This document shows, in pieces, positions 1 to 9,979 of a stretch of 64,000 nucleotides of DNA. The translations under genes and the position numbers were made by a program. Every line of letters begins with the position of its first letter. The stretch's first letter is position 1. Below the pieces are notes generated by a model. That model had not been told where the DNA came from. It was given only the letters and a program-made list of their open reading frames with translations, and did not search any database. The DNA is from Cyanophyceae cyanobacterium (lineage in GTDB: Bacteria > Cyanobacteriota > Cyanobacteriia > Cyanobacteriales > Laspinemataceae). Location of the stretch: NCBI GenBank assembly GCA_038321985.1, contig JBBQFN010000004.1:128001-192000 (forward strand), given 5' to 3'.

Positions 1-554
<554 letters not shown>

Positions 555-654
555 TAATTTTAGAATTTAGATATTAGTAGTGGCCTACAACTCAAAATCC
601 CTGAATTCCCAACCCAGAATTCTGGCATCTAAAGACGCTCCCTGCTTGCAACCA

Positions 655-1587
655 ATGCTGCAACTGTCCGAACAACCACGCATGAAAACGCTGGCTTCCT
701 TAGACGACGCTTATGAGCTCTGTCGCCAAATCACAGCGAAATATGCCCGCACTTTTTACCTGGGTACGCTGTTGATGCCAGAAGCGAAACGGCGGGCTAT
801 TTGGGCGATATACGCTTGGTGCCGTCGCACAGATGAACTGGTGGATGGACCTGGGGCGCGGTTCACCACCCCAGAAACCTTAGATCTGTGGGAGGGTTAC
901 CTCGAATCGATTTTTGCAGGCACTCCCATTGAAGATTCTGATGTGGCAATGGTGGATACGGTGAAACGCTTTTCCCTGGATATCCAGCCCTTTCGGGATA
1001 TGATTTCGGGGCAACGCATGGATCTGGAGCGCTGCCGCTATCAAACCTTTGAGGAACTTGAGCTGTACTGCTACCGAGTGGCAGGCACTGTGGGCTTAAT
1101 GTCGTTACCTGTCATGGGAATCGCGCCTGTGGTCCGCTCATCCCCTTGGGAACGAGAGAATTCCGAACCTTCGGACCCCTCATCTGAGGCCGTTGCCCTG
1201 GGTATTGCTAATCAGCTCACCAATATTCTGCGGGATGTCGGCGAAGATGCTCGGCGAGGTCGGATTTATCTGCCCCTGGAGGAACTGGCTTTATTTGACT
1301 ACACCGAAGAGGACCTCTTGAACGGGGTAGTTGATGAGCGCTGGCAGGAACTGATGCGCTTCCAAATTCAACGCGCTCGTAAGTTCTATGTCACCGCAGA
1401 AAAGGGTATTCTCGCCCTGAATCCAGATGCTCGGTGGCCCGTTTGGTCCGCCAGTATGCTTTATAGCCAAATTCTTGATGTAATCGAGCGCAATGAATAC
1501 GATGTATTTAGTCAGCGTGCGGTTGTTCCGCGTTTTCGGAAGATGCTGTCTTTGCCGCTAGCATGGCTGAGGGCGCAAGCGTTATAA
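655..1587 (+). CDS. crtB: Phytoene synthase
   Basis: YAWCRRTDELVD, YCYRVAGTVG and NQLTNILRDVGED motifs; ATG at 655 preferred over GTG at 580. Confidence 0.96.
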   Translation: MLQLSEQPRMKTLASLDDAYELCRQITAKYARTFYLGTLLMPEAKRRAIWAIYAWCRRTDELVDGPGARFTTPETLDLWEGYLESIFAGTPIEDSDVAMVDTVKRFSLDIQPFRDMISGQRMDLERCRYQTFEELELYCYRVAGTVGLMSLPVMGIAPVVRSSPWERENSEPSDPSSEAVALGIANQLTNILRDVGEDARRGRIYLPLEELALFDYTEEDLLNGVVDERWQELMRFQIQRARKFYVTAEKGILALNPDARWPVWSASMLYSQILDVIERNEYDVFSQRAVVPRFRKMLSLPLAWLRAQAL

Positions 1588-1656
1588 GTGAACCCGGTTT
1601 AGAGACTCTCGGCGATCGCATTCAGAAGCGACCCCAACCCAGGGATCAATTGAACA

Positions 1657-1700
1657 CAAAAAAGGGAAGTTTAGCTGCTTAGGCCAAACTTCCCTTTTTG
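1657..1700 (+). terminator. Intrinsic terminator after pds-crtB
   Basis: AAAAAGGGAAGTTT ... AAACTTCCCTTTTT inverted repeat ending in a T-tract. Confidence 0.75.
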
Positions 1701-2058
1701 TTGCAACATTCTCTGAAGACAAAAAATAGTGACGCTTGTTTCCGACATAGCCCGGTTGTGGTCACAAGGGAAACCCAGGCTTTTGGGTCTTAATTTACCT
1801 CTTTCGGAAGATGACAAAGGCGGAAAAATCTGTTGATATCAGTACAATAGCAACCCAAAATATTTTTATATGAGCTATTAGCAATTCTCTCTCGTTCGTG
1901 GGGTGCGATCGGGTTAATTGCTGCGCCTGAGGCGATGCTTTAAAGATTAGCCTAAACCCAGCAAGTGATCCAAGTTACCGACTTTTCGGGCGGATAGGCT
2001 ATATCATAGATTACAGGAAATTTATATTTCTTAACAAATATTAAAGATATAAAAAAGT

Positions 2059-3126
2059 ATGGCCTCTATGACTCTCTTAAGCGAGCTGCCCAAACTGGTA
2101 ATTCAGCCCAATGATCCGGACACGCAGACTTGTCTTGCTAAGCTGGGATTTCAACCCGTGCCCACGGTCCCCGTACTTCTGTATCGGATCGTCACCAAAA
2201 GCCAACTGAAGGAGACATTCTGGCAGTTGAGCAACCTACTGGGAGAGACCGCTCAAGCCGCTTCTCGCTTCTATGTGACTCAGTTATCCTTGGATTCGCC
2301 GGATCTGCTGTTGAACTTTCTCAAAGCGCAGCCTCTGGTATCAATCACCAATTCGATCAAATATGCTTGGTTTTTGCGACTCCTGGCCCAAAAAGAGCTG
2401 TTTTTTAAATATCAACCTATTTTTTCCCTGAAATCCGGGGAGATTTCCGCTTATGAATGTCTTGCTCGTGCCTTTGGCGATCGCGGAGAGTGCTACAGTG
2501 GCGGCAACTTAATTGAGGCGGCAATTTCCACCGAGTTATCCCAGGAATTTGACGAACTGGCCCGGACAACTTGTATCGACTCCATTGCCAAGTTTCCTAC
2601 GGATTGCCGCTTTTTTGTAAACATTTTACCGAATGCTATCATTCATAATCCTGAATCAGTGGAACAGAATTTACAACAAATTCTAGACTTAGGCTTGCGC
2701 CCGGAACAAATCGTTTTTGAGTTAACTGAAGTGGAAGTTTTAGCGCAAAGCGACAAACTCCCACAGCTTATCGAAAAGATTCGGACCTGGGGATTTGGAA
2801 TTGCCGTTGATGATTTGTGTGGTTGTGTCTCTGTGGATCACTATGCAATGGAATTGAGGCCGGATATTGTCAAATTAGACCGCCGCTTGATCCACGGCTG
2901 TAGCCAGTTCACCCTCAAACAGACTTTAATCAAGAGTTTGCTAGAGTCGGCTCACTCGGAGGGAATTCTGGTTTTAGCAGAAGGCTTAGAAACGAGCCAA
3001 GATATCCAATTTTGCCAGGATTTAGGGGTAGATTTTGGCCAAGGATTTGGTTTAGCTCGTCCAGAGGCTTACCTCCAGCAACAGCCGTTTGAGCCGTTTG
3101 ATTTAGGGATGTCTAAAGCCTCTTAG
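2059..3126 (+). CDS. EAL-domain protein (c-di-GMP phosphodiesterase-like, variant motifs)
   Basis: YQPI, ECLAR, FVN, VFELTE, AVDD, VKLDR, AEGLE and QGF motifs. Confidence 0.88.
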   Translation: MASMTLLSELPKLVIQPNDPDTQTCLAKLGFQPVPTVPVLLYRIVTKSQLKETFWQLSNLLGETAQAASRFYVTQLSLDSPDLLLNFLKAQPLVSITNSIKYAWFLRLLAQKELFFKYQPIFSLKSGEISAYECLARAFGDRGECYSGGNLIEAAISTELSQEFDELARTTCIDSIAKFPTDCRFFVNILPNAIIHNPESVEQNLQQILDLGLRPEQIVFELTEVEVLAQSDKLPQLIEKIRTWGFGIAVDDLCGCVSVDHYAMELRPDIVKLDRRLIHGCSQFTLKQTLIKSLLESAHSEGILVLAEGLETSQDIQFCQDLGVDFGQGFGLARPEAYLQQQPFEPFDLGMSKAS

Positions 3127-3276
3127 GTTTAGGCGATCGCCTCTTTTTTAATTTCTCTTCCGACTTATACAGGATGCCAACCCATTTGGGGGGATTGTGA
3201 TCAAACTCCCCTAGGCGATCGCGGCCAAGATTTTCTTTTTATGACTTCTCCAAACCCAAAAAAATGACAAAAAGGA

Positions 3277-3305
3277 ACCGCGATCGCATTTTTTGCGATC
3301 GCGGT
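3277..3305. terminator. Hairpin built from two HIP1 sites between convergent genes
   Basis: ACCGCGATCGCA-TTTTT-TGCGATCGCGGT, a perfect 12-bp stem. Confidence 0.5.
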
Positions 3306-3502
3306 AAAAGAGGTTATCCCGCCGTCTCTTAAAGTCTTCCGGTTCTGAAAATCCTCAATCTGAAGACCCAAAATCAATCGGATCGCCCAAACACCCTCAT
3401 AGAATGGAGTCACCGTTCACAGCTTGGGGGTGGAGGCAACCTGGGTTTTTCCCCCTCTAACCCGTCATTTGGAGGGGGTAAATACAGGGAAAAGCCATTG
3501 AT

Positions 3503-4060
3503 TTAGGAGTTGCTTGCTTGAGTAGCTAACATTTGTTTTAGCTTTTCTAACTCCCCAGCCCAACGTGGATCCGGTTGTACAGAATCCGAGTCTGGGCTGG
3601 CAGTGCTGCTGTTGCTACCCGTCGAGCGTTTCGACTTGTTATTGGAACGAGCAGCGCCTCCACCGCCTCCGGTGGTAGGTTTAGCCACCTTACTCACAAC
3701 TGGTGGTGTAGTGGGTGTTGTCGCAGTGGCTTCCGGGGTTTCCGTAGCTTCCGTGGCTTCGGTAGTCTCCGAAGTTGGGCCCGATTCTTGTTCCTCGTCA
3801 CCTTTCCCCTTCTTGCGAGGCAATGCCTTTTCAATCTTCAGAGGGGTATCTTGGAACATATAACCGTTGAACTTTTCGATAAATTCGTCGGCTTGCTCGT
3901 CATTCTTCACCGTGACGAATCCGAACCCCCGACACTTGCCTGTCTTGCGATCGGTAATGACTTTAGTAGTCACCGAATCACCCTCGACCGCAAAAACGTC
4001 TTGCAGTTCTTTGCGATCAACTTCTTTTGGTAGATTACCTATATAAAGACGAATCGACAT
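3503..4060 (-). CDS. RRM RNA-binding protein of the Rbp3/RbpG type
   Basis: RNP2 LYIGNL, RNP1 RGFGFV, low-complexity linker and C-terminal QPDPRWA..L..LK motif. Confidence 0.9.
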   Translation of the reverse strand: MSIRLYIGNLPKEVDRKELQDVFAVEGDSVTTKVITDRKTGKCRGFGFVTVKNDEQADEFIEKFNGYMFQDTPLKIEKALPRKKGKGDEEQESGPTSETTEATEATETPEATATTPTTPPVVSKVAKPTTGGGGGAARSNNKSKRSTGSNSSTASPDSDSVQPDPRWAGELEKLKQMLATQASNS

Positions 4061-4949
4061 TCGAGATACCTCCTATCTTTTGGAAAATCAATTAAATACA
4101 AAACCTTCTTTTTTGACTCGATCGGTTGTTCGGGGCTTCGTCGTTAACGACTTAAAACCAGAGCTTTCCTGTCCTCGCATTACCCGGTTATCGCATAAGG
4201 GTAAAGGTAACAGCTTGGCTTCGATCAATCGGTTCACTAATTGCTCACCTAAACCCAGGCATACCCTATTGAAAAAAATACGCGCCAACATATTGCCGCT
4301 TCCGCTTTTGAGAATTCGGTGAAAATTTAGGGAGGGCATTGGATCTTTCAGGATTCCTTTCTTCTGCTTTTGATAAAAATCTGCTGTAGGAAACATATCC
4401 TCAATCCGGGGCTTCCAAACCACTGACGAGCATACTACCGTTCTCCTTAATACCATCCGGTAAACTTCAAACGACTCAAGTGTAAAGTTAATGCGTTTCT
4501 CAATATGGGCGCTCTCTTACTCACTCTAACAGAAATGGGTGATTATCTCCCATCCCATTACTTTTTTTCGGCCTCAATCGAGCCACTCTTTAAAATATCA
4601 CAGCTTATGCGGGTGAAGTAGTAGTAGAGTAGAATTTTTTTGATTTCTCTATTATAAATTTTACCTTGGGCCGCTCACTGTGGAATATTTTCTCATTTCC
4701 CGCCCATTTTGTTAGGGTTTTCAACTTTTTGGCAATCCAGAGGCAAAACGAGCCACTTTGTGGTGGCGGGTGCTATATCCCTGGGTCGGGAAAGGGCTTT
4801 AAGCAAGGGTGAAACCCGTGTTTTTTGGGGACTCCACCCCGGGCGGAAGGGGCTTCATTAAGAATTGTAACAACTTCCGGACGGGTCCAGCGACCTTTCC
4901 AGGCCTTTTGCCAGAACACTCGCCCGCACCGGGGAACATAAAAGGAGAC

Positions 4950-7646
4950 CTAAGTACCGCCCTTAGACATCCAGTAAGCTCCTAAAAGCGCTGCCACGGC
5001 TGCCAAAAGGGTAGACCAGATTGGATGAGCACTAGAGTGAATTTTGCCGTCGGGAGTGGTGAATCGTTCCAAATCGATCCAGGGGGTAGCGCCTCGACGA
5101 AACCAACCGACGGTCAAAATTGCCTGTCCCACTGAATCGCTAGGACGCTTAGAAAATAGCCAAAGATACCCAAAAACTCCTAGATTTGAGGCGGCGTGCA
5201 ACTTCACCAACCCAGTCGGGGAATGCAAGATTAAATCCTGGGCTAGCCAATTGCTGAGTCCGCGTCGTCCCAGAAGTTGACCCTCAATCCGAATCGGGAA
5301 ACTATCAAGGGGTATGGCAGCAGCATCGGTGAGCAGGTCAGGCAAACTGGGGTTAGAACGGGTATTTTTGGGGGTAATATCGGGAAAAAAGGAGTTGATG
5401 CGGATAAAAATACCTAGACTGACTCCAATTAATAACGAACCCTGGAGAAGGGAGCGATCGCCCCACACCCAATCTAGGGCCACAAAACCCAGGTTCGCAG
5501 CGACTGCCCCGATTGCCCAAAGTGTCAACCCGGCGAGTAACCCTAGAGGTAAACCAAAATAGGGTGCACCTTGTAATAACAGGCGTTTGAGCATCCAACG
5601 AGGGGGTCTCGTCTCTGGTGTTACGGGGCGATCGCCGGCAAAATCCAATTCCGTATCCAGCTTCCAAAACCGAGCATACAAATCCAACAGAGTCAAACGA
5701 CTGCCCAAAGGAGGATGAGATTGCGACAGATCCAACCATTTCGTGTAGGGATTGCGAGAGTCCCACTCTAGGAGACTTTCCCAGGAAGCCGATCGAGAAC
5801 AACTTCCCAAGGTCATCCCCTGCATATAGCCGACCGGGGAGAGTAAATCGAATCCTTCCAGAACAAAACTGGTTTGACCTTGTTTCTCCACCTCTTGAGC
5901 GATACCGACGGCCATTTTTAGTAAAGCGCGAGTCAACGCATTGGGATTGCCCGTTAAAGAGGCGCTGACGCGATCGCTGTAATAAAACCGCAAGCGAGAC
6001 AGGAATAAAACCGGCCACCGCAGCACCCAGTAAAACCCAAAGGCGGCTGCGGAAATGACCGCAGCGGTCCCTAACATAATCCTCCCGAACCACTCCTGGG
6101 AGTCCAACCACTTATCCCCGTCCCGGGCTACTTGCCAATACACCAGATAGGGAAGTTGACAGAGTAACACCGCCAAAGACATCAGGGGAAAATCCCAATT
6201 TTCTAAATGTCCTAACTCACCGGCATAAATCGCCGCAATTTCATCCTCCTCTAACTGATCCAATAACCCTTGAGTGACCACAATTCGGGCAAATCGAGGT
6301 AAACAGCCGTAGGTCATTGCCATCGGTGCATCGGTAGGAATTACCCTCAGTTCCAGGGGCGGTTGCTTGCGCTCAAAGCAAAACCGGGATAGCAATTTAC
6401 GGGCTTCCGAACTGTAGTTACTGAGTTTCTGTGGCGGCAATTTTTCCATGCCGTAGCCGAAGCGCAGCAGTAAATCTAGTAACCAGGGAGAGGCAACCAG
6501 CAACAGGGCGAGTATTCCCAGCAGGGTCCAAGTCTGATCTCGATAAAAACTTTGGATCGGCGATAAGAGGGGGAGTTGATAGAAGAGGTCGTTAACCCTT
6601 GCTGTAGCCCAATTCATGAAAACCCGTAGCAACCAAAACAGGGCGACTGCGCTGCCGACTTGGGCGAAAAATAAGTAAGCCGGTTTGACGGGTTTGAGTT
6701 TTCGCCAGTTCTGCGCCCGTCCCGCCTGACGCCATGAGTTCTTTTGCGGGGTAGGAATTGCCGATTCGGGAGGCGGAGTTAGGGGTTGCTCGTCCTTCGA
6801 TCCTCCGGGAGAGGGTAAATCCGCAGGGGTTTCTTTTAGGGATAAATAATCGACCCCCTCAGTTTCGGACTCTAAGGGCAGGACTTCTGGATAATCCCTT
6901 GCGACTCCCGGCGATTTCGGCGGGATGGGGGGCGCGCCTGGGGATGAGGCTTGATTTAAGGGGCTGACTCCAGGGCGAGGGGCGGTTGCGCCTTGGGGTC
7001 GGGGTGGGGGCAGGGGTGGCGGGTTGACCGGGGAGCGGCGCGCAGGTTGGGCCTGAGCCGGTTCTAGGGGTACAAAGCCGGTGAGGTTCCCGGCAGGTGG
7101 GGACCCAGGGGAAACTTTGCCTTTAGAGTGGGGGAGGGTGAGCGGGGAGGGTTGAGCCGGTTCCGAAGATAAGGGGTCTAATGGTACAAAACCCGTGGAG
7201 TCTCCTCCGAGGGAGGAGGGCGGTTTGCCGGGGCGGTTTGGCGTTTTCGGGGTTTGAGGTTGAGACCCCGACGATGGGGGTGCCGATCGCGGTTGTGGAG
7301 AAGATTGATTAAACTGAGCTAAGGTCTGAACTGCCCAATCTTTGACTTTGGGATTGTCTGATTGGGTCAAGGTTTGACACAAGGCTAGTGCCTGGGACCG
7401 AGTGCGGTTACCGTTATAGGCCAGCACTAACCCCATCTGCGCTCGCTCAACCGTGGGTGGATGGAGTTCTTGTTCACACACCCTTTCTAAAATGGCGATC
7501 GCCTCGGCATAATTCTTTTTTTTGAGCGCCGCCAACCCTGTTTGGAGATTCGAGTGTTCCATAGCCATCGATTCGCAATTGGTAGATGAACCAAGCGGTT
7601 CAACGAAAACTAAACATTCAGAATCGAGAAGGTGGGGTTTTTTCAT
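4950..7646 (-). CDS. M48/HtpX-like membrane protein with TPR-like N-terminus and Pro-rich linker; real start probably near 7568
   Basis: P.AMTYG, IVVTQGLL..L..DEIAAIYAGELGH, GNP.AL..AL and SHPP..SRL motifs; several TM segments. Confidence 0.8.
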   Translation of the reverse strand: MKKPHLLDSECLVFVEPLGSSTNCESMAMEHSNLQTGLAALKKKNYAEAIAILERVCEQELHPPTVERAQMGLVLAYNGNRTRSQALALCQTLTQSDNPKVKDWAVQTLAQFNQSSPQPRSAPPSSGSQPQTPKTPNRPGKPPSSLGGDSTGFVPLDPLSSEPAQPSPLTLPHSKGKVSPGSPPAGNLTGFVPLEPAQAQPARRSPVNPPPLPPPRPQGATAPRPGVSPLNQASSPGAPPIPPKSPGVARDYPEVLPLESETEGVDYLSLKETPADLPSPGGSKDEQPLTPPPESAIPTPQKNSWRQAGRAQNWRKLKPVKPAYLFFAQVGSAVALFWLLRVFMNWATARVNDLFYQLPLLSPIQSFYRDQTWTLLGILALLLVASPWLLDLLLRFGYGMEKLPPQKLSNYSSEARKLLSRFCFERKQPPLELRVIPTDAPMAMTYGCLPRFARIVVTQGLLDQLEEDEIAAIYAGELGHLENWDFPLMSLAVLLCQLPYLVYWQVARDGDKWLDSQEWFGRIMLGTAAVISAAAFGFYWVLRWPVLFLSRLRFYYSDRVSASLTGNPNALTRALLKMAVGIAQEVEKQGQTSFVLEGFDLLSPVGYMQGMTLGSCSRSASWESLLEWDSRNPYTKWLDLSQSHPPLGSRLTLLDLYARFWKLDTELDFAGDRPVTPETRPPRWMLKRLLLQGAPYFGLPLGLLAGLTLWAIGAVAANLGFVALDWVWGDRSLLQGSLLIGVSLGIFIRINSFFPDITPKNTRSNPSLPDLLTDAAAIPLDSFPIRIEGQLLGRRGLSNWLAQDLILHSPTGLVKLHAASNLGVFGYLWLFSKRPSDSVGQAILTVGWFRRGATPWIDLERFTTPDGKIHSSAHPIWSTLLAAVAALLGAYWMSKGGT

Positions 7647-7975
7647 TCTCGATTCTGAATGCTCTATAGCCAGTCTAAATCATTCACAACCCTGATTTCT
7701 GGGGTTGGGTACGGGGAAAAAGCTCTAGGAGTTTTTGGGTGAGGGGGGTTTCTCCAGGTTGAGCTTTGTTCGGTGGGGTAACTGGCGTTGTTTGTCAACA
7801 GCCTTTAGAAGTGTGGACATCATCAATGTAATACCCGGGTAATCCTCCCCTCGAATCAATCGGGTTGTAGCAAAATTAAGATAGATTGAAAGGCAAACTC
7901 GTCGTGATGGGTTGCGATCGCATAACATACCTGCGATTTTTTTTCAGAAGTTTAATTACAAAAGGAGTTGAAGTC

Positions 7976-8320
7976 ATGTACGACGCAGACAAACGGAAGC
8001 TGTTATCTCTATTGGCTCATGGAGCGATTTTTTTAAGTACAACTTTGGTGTCAATTGGCATCCCCCTGGCGATTTTATTCGTATCGGATGACCCAGTGGT
8101 GAAAGATAATGCCAAAGAATCTATCAATTTTCACTTGAATGTCTGGGCTTGGGGTTCTGCAATTTTGGCTTTAAGTTTTCTGACGTTTGGCTTGCTGGGA
8201 TTTTTTCTAGCTCCAGCGGGATTTCTTCTTCATTGGGGGTTGACCGCTTTTGCCATGCTCAAGGTGTTCGGAAATCCCGACCAGCCTTTCCAGTATCCTT
8301 TTATTTTCCGAGTGTTATAA
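7976..8320 (+). CDS. DUF4870-like small membrane protein, copy 1
   Basis: AGGAG RBS; three hydrophobic segments; VKDNAKESINF and YPFIFR motifs. Confidence 0.8.
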   Translation: MYDADKRKLLSLLAHGAIFLSTTLVSIGIPLAILFVSDDPVVKDNAKESINFHLNVWAWGSAILALSFLTFGLLGFFLAPAGFLLHWGLTAFAMLKVFGNPDQPFQYPFIFRVL

Positions 8321-8359
8321 CTTGAATATTAGGCGATCGGCAAAATTGGAGGAATTTTT

Positions 8360-8695
8360 ATGTACGATTCAGACAAACGGAAGTTATTATCGGTTTTGTC
8401 TCACGGAGCAGTTTTTTTGAGTGCTACATTCCTTTCGATCGGATTGCCGATCGCAATTTTGTTTCTTTCGGAAGATCCGGTTGTCAAAGGTAATGCCAGA
8501 GAATCTCTAAATTTTCACCTCAATCTTTATCTCTATGGCATCATTTTTGGCCTTCTGACTTTTGTCTTGATTGGCTTTCCCCTGCTGTTCATTTTATTCG
8601 CCGTCAGTTGGATTCTGCCGATTATGGCAATTGTGAAGGTTCTGGGAGACCCCACTTTAATTTACCGCTATCCGTTCATTTTTCGGCTCGTTTAG
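8360..8695 (+). CDS. DUF4870-like small membrane protein, copy 2 (tandem paralog)
   Basis: GGAGG RBS; MYDSDKRKLLS...YPFIFRLV is collinear with copy 1. Confidence 0.8.
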   Translation: MYDSDKRKLLSVLSHGAVFLSATFLSIGLPIAILFLSEDPVVKGNARESLNFHLNLYLYGIIFGLLTFVLIGFPLLFILFAVSWILPIMAIVKVLGDPTLIYRYPFIFRLV

Positions 8696-8817
8696 TGGGC
8701 AGTTGAGGGCGATCGTATTTCTGGGAAACAGTGGCGGTGCGATCGCCCTTTTAGGTGGCCTCTCTCCAGGGGCGATCAGGCCCTCTAATTTTAATAATTA
8801 AGGGATGGTAAAGTAGA

Positions 8818-9717
8818 CTAAAGTTCAGAATTGTAAGTGCTCGGAGATAAAGAAATTAAATCTTCTATATTGAGCCGCATGACCGCGCAGATAGAATCCA
8901 GGGGCAAATCATTAGAATCATATCCAAAGGGATTTTCGATTTCAATGCCAATTTTTTCAATGCCAAATAAAGTAAAGCTAATTAAAGCAACAACGGGTGC
9001 AGTCCATAAATTTAAGGTACTGACCATTTGAAAGGGTAGAGCCAGACAATAGATTAATAAAAGTTGTTTTAAATGAATGGCATAAGCTAAAGGCATAGGG
9101 GTTTTTAAAATCCGTTCAGATGAACCCAGTGCATCCACCATTGTATCTAACAGCTTCACCATGGTTGTAAGCTGATAAATATTGAGTTTATTGAGACGAT
9201 ATTGTTTCTGCAAGTAATCCCCCACCCAAAAGGCGATTTCTAAAGGAGGGTGATTCATACCTTGGAGTTTCTTATATTGTTTTGGCGAGACTAATCCCTC
9301 TAATTCTTGATTAATAGGTTCGTTTCTTAAATGCAATTTAGTAGCAATAGCAAAGGCTACTAATAATCTCACGTTATCCGCTTTTACGCTGGCATCTTCG
9401 GGATTAGTTTCGTCCACAGCTACCCAAATTTGCCGAGAAAAATTGCGTACTGAATTGACAAGAGTACCCCAGGCTTTTCTCCCTTCCCAAAAGCGATCAT
9501 AAGCTGTGTTGGTTCTAAAAACTAATAATAAACCCAAAACAATCGTGGGAACCAATCCCTCTAATACAGGCCAAGAAACTGGATAGCCCAAGCGATATAA
9601 AATAGAGACAATTAAACTAAATAAACCGCTACAAGAAACCGGATTTAAAATAGCTGGAATCACCGAGCCTTTGAGTTTAAAAATCAGAGGAAAGCCTTTG
9701 ATCTGGGGTAATTTCAT
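8818..9717 (-). CDS. Bestrophin-family anion channel
   Basis: LLVFRTNTAYDRFWEGRKAW, ERILKTP.P and IENPFG.D.NDLPL motifs. Confidence 0.92.
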   Translation of the reverse strand: MKLPQIKGFPLIFKLKGSVIPAILNPVSCSGLFSLIVSILYRLGYPVSWPVLEGLVPTIVLGLLLVFRTNTAYDRFWEGRKAWGTLVNSVRNFSRQIWVAVDETNPEDASVKADNVRLLVAFAIATKLHLRNEPINQELEGLVSPKQYKKLQGMNHPPLEIAFWVGDYLQKQYRLNKLNIYQLTTMVKLLDTMVDALGSSERILKTPMPLAYAIHLKQLLLIYCLALPFQMVSTLNLWTAPVVALISFTLFGIEKIGIEIENPFGYDSNDLPLDSICAVMRLNIEDLISLSPSTYNSEL

Positions 9718-9815
9718 AGCGGGGGGCGAGCGAACAAAGGATTAGGGAAGCTCCGGTGGAGGTTGTATGACAAACTAGGGTATGGTTTTCAGGTAATTAT
9801 TAGGTCAATCATATC

Positions 9816-9947
9816 GATATAGCATTTTCCAGAGTTATGAGGTACCGATAATTATTAGGAGTCGGAGCATCTTGCTCGCTTTTGAAAAAAGCGAGCAAGA
9901 TGCTCGCATTTTTATTAGTAACTCATGAGTCCGGAACCCGCTATATC
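9816..9947. mobile_element. MITE-like element, copy A
   Basis: Imperfect 28-bp terminal inverted repeats (TATAGC...ATGAGGTAC / GTAACTCAT...GCTATA) around the palindrome GAGCATCTTGCTCGCTTTT...AAAAGCGAGCAAGATGCTC. Confidence 0.65.
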
Positions 9948-9979
9948 AGCCCTAGGAATGCCATTGCAAAAGTTACCTT

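Noticed and set aside
4088..4456. 122-aa ORF upstream of rbp, and the opposite-strand 80-aa ORF
   Set aside because: No recognisable motifs; more likely leader sequence, although not excluded.
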